Source: Conidiobolus incongruus B7586 | Lineage: Eukaryota | Reading direction: 5' to 3' | Length of the DNA: 42,683 bases | Assembly (NCBI GenBank): GCA_000697335.1 | Contig: JNEM01006293.1 | Location: 1-42,683 of the forward strand | Part shown: piece by piece, positions 10,830 to 22,485 of the stretch | How positions within the stretch are numbered: position 1 is the stretch's first letter | Layout: each line of letters opens with the position of its first letter | Translations under genes and position numbers: made by a program | The notes under the pieces: generated by a model | Seen by the model: only the letters and a program-made list of their open reading frames with translations | The model's database searches: none | What the model was told of the DNA's origin: nothing

Positions 10830-12023
10830 TTAACAATCCCTCAAATTGATCTTTAATATTCCAATTCTGAAAAATTTTTTTCTAAATATTTAATATTTTG
10901 CCATTTTTGTTTTGTAATTAGTTTGTTTATAATTTTGTAAATTTTTTAAACTTCAGTAATCTTTGTATCACAATTTTCCTCTTATTTATTTTTCTTTACT
11001 CCTTTTGTTTTTTTAATTTTTTACAATCTTATATTTCCTATAAATTAATCTCTTATTTAATTAAAATTTCATTAATGTTCCTATATTAAAATCAAATTAA
11101 ATATATATGATATCGGGTTATTATATTAATAAAAGTACCAATTAATAATATGATAATATTTTCATTTATACATTTTATACATTGATTTAATACCTATTAT
11201 AAAATTTATAAATTTTATCAACCTATATTAATTTTGGTTTACCTTTGAATATTCATCAAACACCCAATAACCAATGAATATTATCCAATTTTATATATCT
11301 ATAGACGGAGTTTGATTATTATCAGATAGGAGTAAAATACTCTAGAATATAACTGTAGACAATTAATTTAATATAAATATATTAAGATTTTATGGAATTT
11401 AATTAAATTCACAATTTATCAACTTTTTCATTATCTGGTAGTATTAATTGATGAATTGATAGTTTAGAAATTGGTTATGAGATTGATTAAAGATTAAAAT
11501 TGAGTTGCTCAAAGTTTCAATCTTTCTATTGATACTATAGAATTGATTGAATCAATGCTAAAATAAAATCTAATACTACTATCCAAATTCTATATAAAAA
11601 ATCACAACAATATAATTTGGGATGATAATCCAAACAATGTGGTAGGAAAGTGGATCTTGAACACTTAATTTTCCAAATCTCTGATAATAGAGTCAAACCT
11701 GATATCAACTGATAGAGTATTGGATTTTTTCAATCAATGATATCAATTGTATTAAATCCCATAAGAATTTGGATATGATTTGCAAATTGATCATAAAATG
11801 CAGTCAACTTGTAATGATTGATTCTCATTATTATTATTTGGAAAAAATTTGAAATTGACATATTTGGATTAATTTTTTTTCTTTGCTTATTATAACAAAA
11901 AAAAATCTAATATTTATTTGTATCATAACTTTTTGATTGATATTTAAAAACTTATTTTTTATTTTATAAATAAAATCTAACAAAAACATAATTTTAAAAA
12001 TTTGGACAAAATTAAAATAAAAA

Positions 12024-13731
12024 ATGACGGCTTCAGGAAGCGATGATGATATAATTATGATGGAAGTAGAACCAACTCCCACTAGTGCCAATAATAATAA
12101 CTTTGAAGAAGCTCCACAAGATACTGAGTATCTTAGTGAAAAGGATGAGGAACTTATGACTCCCATCAACAATATTACCAATGAAGAGGCGGAAATTTAC
12201 GATCGCCAAATTAGAGTTTGGGGTATGGAAGCCCAGAATAGGTAAATCATATAAAACTACTTTTTTATAAGATTAATTATCTCAATTTTATAGATTACGC
12301 AATTCCAACATATTAGTCATAGGCACCGGAGGACTAGGTCTCGAAGTACTAAAAAATTTAGTGTTGGCAGGAGTTGGTAAAATTACTATTGCAGACAGTG
12401 GTAAAGTAGATTTTGAAAGTTTGTCAAGTAATTATTACTTTCAGGTTGAGGATATTGGACAAGAGGTAATTTCTATGATAGAATAAATCGAAATATTTAT
12501 TGATTGGGCTTTAGAGAACTTTAATTTGTGTTAAATATTTACGTCATTTAAATCCTCGAGTAGTATTGTTTTGTTCAAGGATTCCAGAAACGCAATTTCA
12601 AAAGGATTACTTCGAACAATTCGATTTGGTCGTTTGTACGGGCTCTACGTTTGAAGAAATTGTAAGATTTATTTATAGCTATATATTAATAATTGGTTTT
12701 GAATAAGATGATCTAGTGTACATATAATATGAATTGTAGAGCTGCTAATGTTAAGTTTATTTGTGGCCAAACTTACGGTTTTTACGGTTATTGTTTTAAT
12801 GATCTTTTGAATCACGAATATGTTGAGTAAGTTTATGTATATATTATATTAATAAATACTATTTATTGATTTTTGTTTTAGAGAGAAAAAGATTAAAACA
12901 CCCGCTGGAGAATCTACAATTAAAACTCGTTTTAACGATCATTACTGCCATATGAATCATTTGATGGCAAAATGCTATCGTGGTATGATTAAAAATATAA
13001 CTAAGGAACTCTCTTCCACTTATATGGTTATCAGACGTAATTCATCAATTAATTTTATTCATCTTTGGTATTAATATTATATTTTAGTTATTTTAACCTT
13101 TGAATCGCTATACAATCGTCCACCTAGAACATCCTTAGATTACACTTATATGATTCGACTCAGAGAAGAGTTATTCGAACAGATGTTCGAAATTACAGAT
13201 TGTTTAATGGGTGAACTCACTAAACGATTACTTCCTGATTCTTTAGTCAAGTAAATATTTGTAATTAATATGAAATATATATCATATTAAATTGATTTAT
13301 TTAGAGAAGTTATGAAATTTGGTCAAGGTGAATTACTTCCAGTATGCTCCATTTTAGGTGGTGTCATGTCCCAAGAAGTTCTCAAAGTATTATCGGGTAA
13401 AGATCGCCCCATTTACAATATTTTCTGTATGGATGCAATGCAAAGTAAGTTCTTCATAACACGTTTTATTTATAGCTATATATTAATTATATTTATAGAC
13501 ATAGGCATTGTACACCAATGCATTCCATTACCTGAAGAGGAAGAGATCAAAGAATTGAGAGAATACACGATCAAAATACCCTCCCCCATTCATCAGCTCA
13601 TTGGAGGATTCAAGTCGGGATCAGGTATGGCGAATGGCCAACAAGGTGAAGATGGCGATAGCGACTACGACGATGATGACGATGACGAAGATGATGGTCC
13701 TCCCTCCAATATCAGTCATTTAATTGCATAA
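12024..13731 (+). CDS. AOS1: SUMO-activating enzyme E1 subunit 1 (Aos1/SAE1/Rad31), multi-exon
   Basis: EEAEIYDRQIRVWGMEAQNR|LRNSNILVIGTGGLGLEVLKNLVLAGVGKITIAD, LNPRV, FEQFDLVVCT, YGFYGYCFNDL, ELLPVCSILGGVMSQEVLKVLSGKDRPIYN. Short GT-AG introns (first two at 12242-12293 and 12466-12514). Confidence 0.9.
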
Positions 13732-14135
13732 ATCCATTTTAGTTTTTTTATTCATTAATATAAATTTCATAAGTTTTTATTAAAATTTTTATTCAATTTA
13801 CATTTTGATTTGATATCTTATTAAGCGATAAAATAATAACTAATACAAATTTTATCTAAGTTTTTAAATTCTAATGTCGGTGTAATATAAATTTAATAAC
13901 AAAAGAATAATAACATCTGAATAAATCTTGATAAAATGATTATTTTTGATGATAAAAGTATCATAAATTTTATTTGGATATTTTGAAAAACCATAACTTG
14001 AGTTTTAAATTGAAAATAAGATAAAGAATTGAATTACATCACAAGGGATAAGTTCATTTATTAAATGTAAATAATAATTCCCATCCAACATCTCTTTCTT
14101 TTAATTGAAAATATAAATAATAGCCATAATTAATA

Positions 14136-16672
14136 ATGAACCACAACGATGGAAGAAGTAATTTTGATTTAAATAAATTTAATGAATTTTGACCGAATGA
14201 TGAAGAGTTAAAATTTACTTTTCAAGAGAAGATCTTATTTAACAATTTGTATATGCATAGTAATCATTAATATATTACTATAGTATTGTATATTTATAAT
14301 CCTTTAGACTCTATTGCTGAAATATCGCCAAATACATCCGATAAGTCTTCATTTTATTTACGTAGCTCTGAGTTGGAAAATTTCGATTTTTCGGAACTTT
14401 CAGAGCCTGATCAAATTCTACTTTTGTTGGAGGACGTTATAAATATCTTACTAGGGGTAGATGGTCAATTTATCGGATTCAACATTGATGAAGGCACTTT
14501 CACCGCAGAATTGTTGACGAGTCCTCAAATACCTGTTAAATATCACACTATTTTGGAGCAGATTACGAAGGGAGGGATCTATAGATACAATATCCAAAAT
14601 TATATAGACAAATTTTCGCAATATAAGTATGGTTTAATTCATCAAGCGCTTTCAGGAGCTGTGCAGCAGTTGTTACATGATTATTATCTTTTGATCAACC
14701 AGTTAGAATTTCAAGTAAAAACTAAAAAAATTACCAATTTGTCCCAATTAATCTATTATTTGAATTCTAATTTGTTGATTTTGGAATATTTGACAAAATT
14801 GTTGTCCAAGTTTACTATGAGGAGTTCTGATGACGATGAACAAACTGAACCTCTGATAGGTAGTCAGGTTTTGGATTATCTTTATGAGCAAATGATTCAG
14901 ATGAGTGGGTTAGTTAACTTATTCATTGTCTATTATTTAACATAATAATAATTTTTCATTTAGATTTTCTACAATTAAAAGTCTATATGGATATCTACTA
15001 TCTCAAGCCATCATCCCATACCTCTCCATGACATATAGCTGGATCTATCGCGCAGAGTTAACCGATCCTTTCTCTGAATTTATAGTCTTTATGAAAGATA
15101 ACGAAAATGCCAAAGCAAACACTTCGTCCCCTCGAATTGAGAACCAAGATGAGCCACATCCATCCGAAGTGATCAATCCCGATGATTTCGATTTTAATTC
15201 CAATAAAATTCCCAAATTTATGGATACTTTGGTGGATAAAATATGGCTTAGCGGCAAACATTTATTGTTGTTGAAGAGTTGTGGCATTCGGTTGGATACT
15301 TCAATTGAGCAGCAGTTACCAGAAATTTCTAACGGAAGGATTCAAACACCTGAGTAAGTTTTGATTTGATTCATATTATTGATTTATTATTTAATCATTT
15401 GATTAATAGTTATATCGAAGCCATTGACCATGCCTATTCTTACGCTAACACAGCTCTACTTAATTATATATTCCAACAAGAAAATTTGTTGGATCGATTA
15501 TTGTAATATTATAAAGGTATCATAAACTAGTATAATAACAACTAATATATATGCTGATTTAGATCTCTTAAGCATTACTTCTTATTAGATCAATCTGACT
15601 TTATTACTCACTTCATAGATTTATGTCAGGAGGATTTACAAAAAGTACGATCCAAAATCAATCATAGAAAAATCCAATCTATACTGGATTTGGCTTTAAG
15701 GAATCCGTCATCTGTCAATGCTTTTGATCCCTATCGTGAGGATATTCGTGTTGAATTTAAGAAGACTAGTTTGATTGACCAAGTCAAACGAGTTCTTAAA
15801 CAGGATCCACTGTTGGTCAAATACCTTGAAAATACGCCTCAATCGACACCACAGGAGATTCCTCTGACTGGATCGAGAGTGTATGATGCATTCCCTGATT
15901 CTAGAGACGATCAACAAGCAGTTGGCACCAGATTGCTAGGTAACATTGCTTATATTTAATTATCATTCAATAATGGTATTAATATAATAATTGATAAATA
16001 GGATATGAATCTCTCAGTTTCTCATACGATATCACATCTCCATTATCTATCATTATTCCACCATTAGCTCATTCCAAAAACCAATTAATATTCAGACAAC
16101 TCTTCCAAGTGAAGTACTGCGAATTGGAATTAATTGACAGTTGGGTATACTATGCCAAACTCATTCGCAATACCCGACTCCCCAAACAATTCGTTACGAT
16201 TCAGTCACTGAGGTACAGAATGCTCAACTTTGTCCAACTGTTAGAAAATTATCTGACAGCGGAAGCGATCGAACCCAATTCCATAAAATTGAACGAAAAA
16301 CTCAAATCAGTAACATTTGCTGATGATGTCATGAAATACCACGACGAATTCTTAAACATGTGCCTAATCCAATCGATGTTAGTGTATCCTCACCTACTCA
16401 CCACACTCAACCAACTTCTTGAAACGATCACTCAATTCAGTCGGTACCTCAATGATACGCTCTTCGACCAGCTGATCAAATTAGAGCGCAATGAACTGAA
16501 CATGAACTTTGATCAGTTGAATTTGGACCCAATTTTCGATTTGGAAAAACAGTTTTTGCATAGATTGCCCCAGTTTATTAAGAGCTTGAAGAAATTGAGT
16601 ATCAGTGATTTAGGCCATTTATCACTAATGAATTTGGCTGTTAAGTTGGATTTTAATGAAATTTATGAATAA
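14136..16672 (+). CDS. SPC97: Gamma-tubulin complex component 2 (GCP2/Spc97/Alp4), multi-exon; 5' end uncertain
   Basis: LLEDVINILLGVDGQFI, YGLIHQAL, WIYRAELTDPFSEF, IPKFM...KIWLSGKHL, SLKHYFLLDQSDFITHFIDL, LRYRMLNFVQLLENYL, HDEFLNMCL. The start is either ATG 14136 (needing introns 14158-14205 and 14260-14307) or ATG 14253. Confidence 0.88.
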
Positions 16673-17253
16673 ATTTTTCTGTTGAATTATTTCAAACTTA
16701 TTGTTTACATAATGATACAAGATAAATTAATAATCGCTATATTTTATTTATGACGCTTTAATTGATATCATGGTTAAGTACAACGTTTTCTATATTATAT
16801 TTAATAATATTTACGATACCATTATATCAGTTCTGGATTACGCTAAATTTAACCATCAAGTATTAAAATTTGAAAATGTGTAAATATTTTCTATGAAATA
16901 TTGATTAAAATCCCAATTGGAATGAACTTGAAAAAATATTTTGGCGATATTCTGTATTGAATAAATGACTATTTTAGATATAATAAAGTATAAATTTCAT
17001 AATGAATTAGGTATAATACTACAGGATAGATCAAAATAAAAATATATTTTGAGAAAAAAATATCAAATTTTGTGGTATAAAGAGTATTTTGAAAAATCAA
17101 AGGTGGAATAAATAACTATTTGATGTGATATTAATTTTAAGCAATAATAATAATATGATGATGATAGTGTTTGAAATAAATATTGTAAACAATAAAATAT
17201 TTAGATAAATATGTTTGAATATGATTCAAATTCTAGTCAATTTATGAAAATTA

Positions 17254-17773
17254 TATCGCGGCTATTAGCTCTTGAAGCGTCATCGAGGACACTGACACAG
17301 CTATTGTATAAGCCAAGCTGTGAAGCATGACACCTACGAACTGAGGTAGGCCACCAATGATCAGTTCTCTAGCCAACCAGCAAGATTAATTGTAAACGGG
17401 GCGCTGAAGAGAGTGGCTAGACCAGTTGCAGCAGCGGCGGTGCGAGGGGCTGGTATGCTAACGGGACGGAGTTACAGATATCAGTAGAAACGAGTGTAGA
17501 GAGAGTAAAGGAAGGCAACTCAGGTGGAGCTATAGGCGGCTACTTGGGGATATTAAGAGAGCGGACTTTGAGTAGGAAAAGGTTTATTTTTAAAAAGAAA
17601 AGAGCAAAAAGTCCTCCGTAGCATTGAGTGAAGAGGGTTGGCATAAGTAATTATGACGAAATAATAATTAGGCGAAAGGGGCATGTGCATGATGAGATGT
17701 TACCATGGTCTAAGTTGGATGATACATGATTTGGTGGTGATTTTGAGTCAAAAAAGGTATCAATCAGATAACA
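17254..17773. other. GC-rich non-coding island: candidate solo LTR or structured ncRNA
   Basis: Abrupt GC enrichment against AT-rich flanks, no intact ORF, and several complementary segments. The minus strand begins TGTTA, the island is flanked by ATTA on both sides, and it ends ~20 bp from a tRNA-like gene. Confidence 0.4.
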
Positions 17774-17792
17774 ATTAACACAAATTGAATGG

Positions 17793-17867
17793 AACCAACA
17801 AACTCAATCAATAGAGCGTAAAGCTCTTAGTCACAAGGTTGTGGGTTCGACCCCCACATGTTTGGTG
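17793..17867 (+). pseudogene. Degenerate tRNA-Lys (CTT)
   Basis: CTCAATCAATAGAGCG D-arm with the invariant GG replaced by AA, anticodon loop CTCTTAG, poorly paired anticodon stem, intact T-arm GTGGG-TTCGACC-CCCAC, and imperfect ACCAACA/TGTTTGGT acceptor. Confidence 0.7.
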
Positions 17868-18167
17868 TAAAGATTCCTATATTAATCTTATACTATTATA
17901 TCTTTAATTTTTATATTTATTTTGATGCTTTTTTATCAATATATTTCATAATTTCTAATACTATAAATACAGTTAATACTTTGTTAATATCCAATCAAAT
18001 TTTATTTAATATGTTGAATATTATTATAAATTATTGGCAAATAGTAAATCAAAAATATATTAATATTAATTGAGCATAAAATAATTTTTATTGAATTATT
18101 TACTAACGAATATTAAATCATTCAAATTCAACTCTATTATTAAATTAAATTGATATTGAAATAGAAA

Positions 18168-18845
18168 TTAATTATTAAAATAATCCTCAATAAATTTTTT
18201 GATTCTTTCTCTAGAAGTCATTGAGAGCGCTAGAGCCCTTACTCTCCTATATGTTTCTTCGGCTTGCTCGAACCTTCGATTGCGCTCCTCTACCAGATTA
18301 CGGCGTGTGTACTCGAATCGGTAGTATTGCATCACGAGACATACTGCTGCTACCGCTAGGATCCATGTGACTACCAGCTGGTTGGAACCATAGATCGGTG
18401 CGTGCGAAGTGTATGCCGTATTCGTTTCTCCATTGTAAGGACCTCCAGGGTATACGGTATGATGCTTGAAACTGTTGAATTGACGAAATTCTGTATTAAA
18501 ATTTTTCCTGAGTAGTAAATTTTTGTCTCTGAGTCGTTTTAGCTCTTTGTAGCTTTTAATGATTTGTATAAGTTTTTCTTTTTTTTGAGTTGCTGACAGC
18601 GTCGATCCATGGCGATTGGTGTCAGGGTGCAGTTCAAAGCACAGTCTGCGGTATGATGCTTGAATTTCTTCGAAAGTTGCTCCAGGCTTCACTTGGAGCG
18701 TTTTGTAAAGAGCTTCTCGACTGTCTCTATGATATGCGAAGTGGCGACGTTGCATTACTGTATGAGTGTTGTAAATGATAGAAGATTGATATAAAGTAAA
18801 TTGGCCATATCTCAATATTAAAAGAGATGAATTTAACGATGCCAT
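18168..18845 (-). CDS. DnaJ (J-domain) protein with C-terminal transmembrane segment, probably mitochondrial
   Basis: LYKTLQVKPGATFEEIQASYRRLCFELHPD...IIKSYKEL J-domain with HPD, followed by the hydrophobic segment LVVTWILAVAAVCLVM. The start could instead be the downstream MQRRHF. Confidence 0.85.
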   Translation of the reverse strand: MASLNSSLLILRYGQFTLYQSSIIYNTHTVMQRRHFAYHRDSREALYKTLQVKPGATFEEIQASYRRLCFELHPDTNRHGSTLSATQKKEKLIQIIKSYKELKRLRDKNLLLRKNFNTEFRQFNSFKHHTVYPGGPYNGETNTAYTSHAPIYGSNQLVVTWILAVAAVCLVMQYYRFEYTRRNLVEERNRRFEQAEETYRRVRALALSMTSRERIKKFIEDYFNN

Positions 18846-19490
18846 ATTTAATATAACTGAACGTAATTATATAAAAAATAATTTTGATGATTTTACGGGG
18901 GAAAATCAATTAATTGAATTTTAATGAAATGATCAAATTGGACTGCTCATTCTATTCCCTTTGTCGAATTTTATTCAAATTATGGGAATTCAATCAATTC
19001 CTAATAGTTTGAGTTGGATTCATCACATAAAATTGTTTGAACATTTATAAAGAATAGTATTAGAATACAGTTAGCTATAAAATGTATTGATTTATTATAA
19101 TATACTATAATATCATTGAAACTTATATTGATTATAAATCAATATTCATAATTAAATAATAATTAAAATTAATTCATTAAAATAGAATGCAAAATATGAT
19201 ATAAAATTTCAAATTAAGAGATTCATACAAAGTATAATTTTTAAGTTAATTTTATAGGAAATAATAAGATAAATAGTTACTTGATTAAATTTGATATTTA
19301 TCAAAATATGTTAATTTGTAACTTAGATAATTATATCTAACTTTGTACTAATTATATTGTAAAGGGATTAATTTGCTATTTTAGATTTGAAATATTTTCC
19401 AAAGTAATGGTATAATATCCTTATAGAATGTAAATATTTATATAAACTGAGTTTATTGTTATAGTAATAATTTAATATGGAGGATAATAT

Positions 19491-20510
19491 TTATTGTTTA
19501 TTTGAATCGAATTTGGATAAAATTTCGGTGAAGGTATTTTCACTTAGCAACTTAGTAGCATCGGGCTGAGTGGGCTGCGATTTGTCATCTTTGTTCTGGT
19601 TGAGGAGGCTAAACTTGGCACCTCCGACATTCTTGAAGCGGCTTTGACCCAAACCAAATTGAACTCCCTGGCTGGGGTTGTTCTTCTTCAATCTGTCGAC
19701 AGATGTTCGGAAGGTTTGCAAAAAGTTGGTCATCATGACAGATGAATTTTGATCTATGTGGACAACATTGGGGGTGAGAGATAATCTGATGGAAATTTGG
19801 TTATCCAAAGATACATCAAAGTCGTTGACGTAGAAAGTGCGGAGAGAGTGGTTGTTAGCATCGACGAGACGTTCGGAGTTGAAGCCGAATGAATCGGAGT
19901 GAGAGGCCTGGTTGGATTTAGAACCAACAGTGAGGTGACAAGTGAAACCACTGACACCAACGACATAGGTGTGAGGGCCAGTCTTATTAAGGATTCTACC
20001 TTTAACTTCGGTCTTGGAGCCCAAATTGCTATAGTAAACCAAGGGAGCTTGAGTGGGCCTGGTTTCCAAGCTATCTGTAATATTGAGGAAATTCATCCAA
20101 GCTTTATCAACATCCGTGGCATTTTTCTTATATTCTTTCCATTCTTCTCTACGTTGGCCAGCCTCATTCAACAATTGCTTAAATTCTTTTTCAGTTAAGT
20201 AATGATAATATTTAGAAGTGCTGACTTGAACTCCCTTCCACTTAGAGCTGGCTGGAGTCCCGAAATTTTCGGCAAATTGTTTATTGTGAAGGATTTGGTG
20301 ATAGGCACCGTCAAAAGGAGTTAAACTTTCAGGAGTATCAATAGCTTGAACTGTGATGTAACCGGAACGCCAGGTAGTAGGTAAATTTCTCTTTAAACCC
20401 CAATCGCCTATCTTTTTGGCTTCGCCAAAAGTGCAGATGATTTGCTTGACCTTAGGGTCATATTGAGCAAATTTAGAATTTTTTAACAATTTAGCAAACG
20501 ATTGAGCCAT
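19491..20510 (-). CDS. MRP51: Mitochondrial small ribosomal subunit protein bS1m (Mrp51)
   Basis: N-terminal FAKLLKNSKFA and GDWGLKRNLP motifs typical of fungal Mrp51, a later VKGRIL...VVGVSGF segment, and an intronless 339-aa ORF. Confidence 0.85.
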   Translation of the reverse strand: MAQSFAKLLKNSKFAQYDPKVKQIICTFGEAKKIGDWGLKRNLPTTWRSGYITVQAIDTPESLTPFDGAYHQILHNKQFAENFGTPASSKWKGVQVSTSKYYHYLTEKEFKQLLNEAGQRREEWKEYKKNATDVDKAWMNFLNITDSLETRPTQAPLVYYSNLGSKTEVKGRILNKTGPHTYVVGVSGFTCHLTVGSKSNQASHSDSFGFNSERLVDANNHSLRTFYVNDFDVSLDNQISIRLSLTPNVVHIDQNSSVMMTNFLQTFRTSVDRLKKNNPSQGVQFGLGQSRFKNVGGAKFSLLNQNKDDKSQPTQPDATKLLSENTFTEILSKFDSNKQ

Positions 20511-22485
20511 TAGATCTGAATTCTTAGATGACTAATAAATAGATAAATATTATTTGTCTATAATTTTTGTAATATAATTATTTGAATTATTTTAAATATT
20601 ATTAAAAATAGATTTTTAAATTATATTATCTATTTATTTTATCGCCTTATTTGATCAAAATTCGGTCAATAAAAATTAATATTGAATTCAACTAATATGG
20701 GATTATGGGATTACTGGATAATTCCAATTCTAATCTTTATATTCCAAAATATCAAATATTCAACACATTGCTTATATTATGAATATATTTTATAACAATT
20801 ATTTCGATTAATTAACAGCATGAACTATTATATACTAAATCAAATGGTATAGATTATTAGTAAAATTATATAACTATTTATTGATTTGGTTCGGTATTGA
20901 AAATTAAATAATTCTTTGAATTCTGAAATAAATAAATTATGCCAAATTTTTAATATAATATATAGTAACTATAAGGATCAATATATTAGATAATATTTTT
21001 TGTGGCCATTATCCATATTAGTTCCATCTAATTCATTGATGCTAGTTTTCCTAATTAATACTCAATTATTGTATAATTGTTTTGAAAGTTTTTCATTTTT
21101 CTATCATTCAAATTTTATAATGGGTTTTCTTTAAAAATTATATATTATTGTTTTTTATATAGGTGGTGATAAATATGATATTAATAAAAGAATTATATAT
21201 AATTTAATATCATTATATCAAAATATATTAATATGATTTGATACTTGAATATTTCCAAAAAGTTATTAATTTAAATTTGATAATATATTTCAAATTATAC
21301 AATCAACTATATATAATAGAAAAATATAATTTTTATAATTATTGTAATGTTAAATTAAGTTCTATATTCAGGTATATATTGATTTCTTCAACTCTGAATA
21401 TATTAATTCAAAATGTTAGCAAAATATATAACTGATGATTAAATTGTTAACGCGCTCCTGAACTTCCATTCAGAACGAACCATTTTACTTTCTATAGCAA
21501 AAATGCATCAGTTTGGTAAGAACAACCTTAATAATAAAATTAAACAAAATTTAATTTCTATTTTCGTAATTGACTTAGACAATTTTTGGTATAATTGTTC
21601 TGTAATTATTGTACAAATATTACAAAGTAATATTTGCATCAGGTTGATTAGATACATGATTTTACTAATTTTTTGAATTTCAAACTCTTGAGTCCATTCT
21701 AACAAAATGCTTACTAACTTTGGCAATTTTAATATGCTTTTATAGATTGTCCATAGTATCAATATTATTTATTTGAATGTCATTATTCAAACTCAAATAA
21801 GTTTTCTTTGAGAGTAAATGGGATTGTTTTAATTATTTGTATTTTTTGAAAGATTCAAAAATTTTAAAATGAATATATTCATTGAAATCAATTAATTATC
21901 AAAACCAATAAATTTTTCCATGTAGAAAAGTGATTATATCAAGATCTTTTTTGCCATTTTATATTAAGTTTTTGTATAATATGTTGATATTGGTAAATAA
22001 CACTGTAGTTATATAAGTGCGATTGATAAAATTTTCAAGTACTAAACGCACAAAGATTGGATTCTGATTGCTTATCTTAAATATGATTATTCGTTAAATT
22101 AACTGATTAATATAATTAGTGTAGTATGTGATTGCAATTGTTAATTATATAATAAATTCCATTAACATTATCAACTTAGTATTTCTGGGTTGTTAAAATA
22201 ATGATGATGTCAAATTTGTCACAAATTCCAAATAATAAAACCATAATAAATGATCTGAAATTCAAATTCCATAAAAATATCCAAAATTAAAGAAACTTTA
22301 TAATTAAATTAATTCTGAGATTTATTTTTTACCTTGATTTATTACATTTAATAAATAATACCACCACATAGTATAATCATTATTATATCCATATTCTGTC
22401 AATTTTACGTACTATTTAAAGCACTTGTATAGTAATTACTGTAAACAATATCTTTGTGTCCAATAATTATAAATAATTATCCCTA

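Noticed and set aside
14190..14192. In-frame TGA near the 5' end of GCP2 as recoding
   Set aside because: It falls inside a plausible 48-nt GT..AG intron (14158-14205) that preserves the frame, or else upstream of the alternative ATG at 14253.
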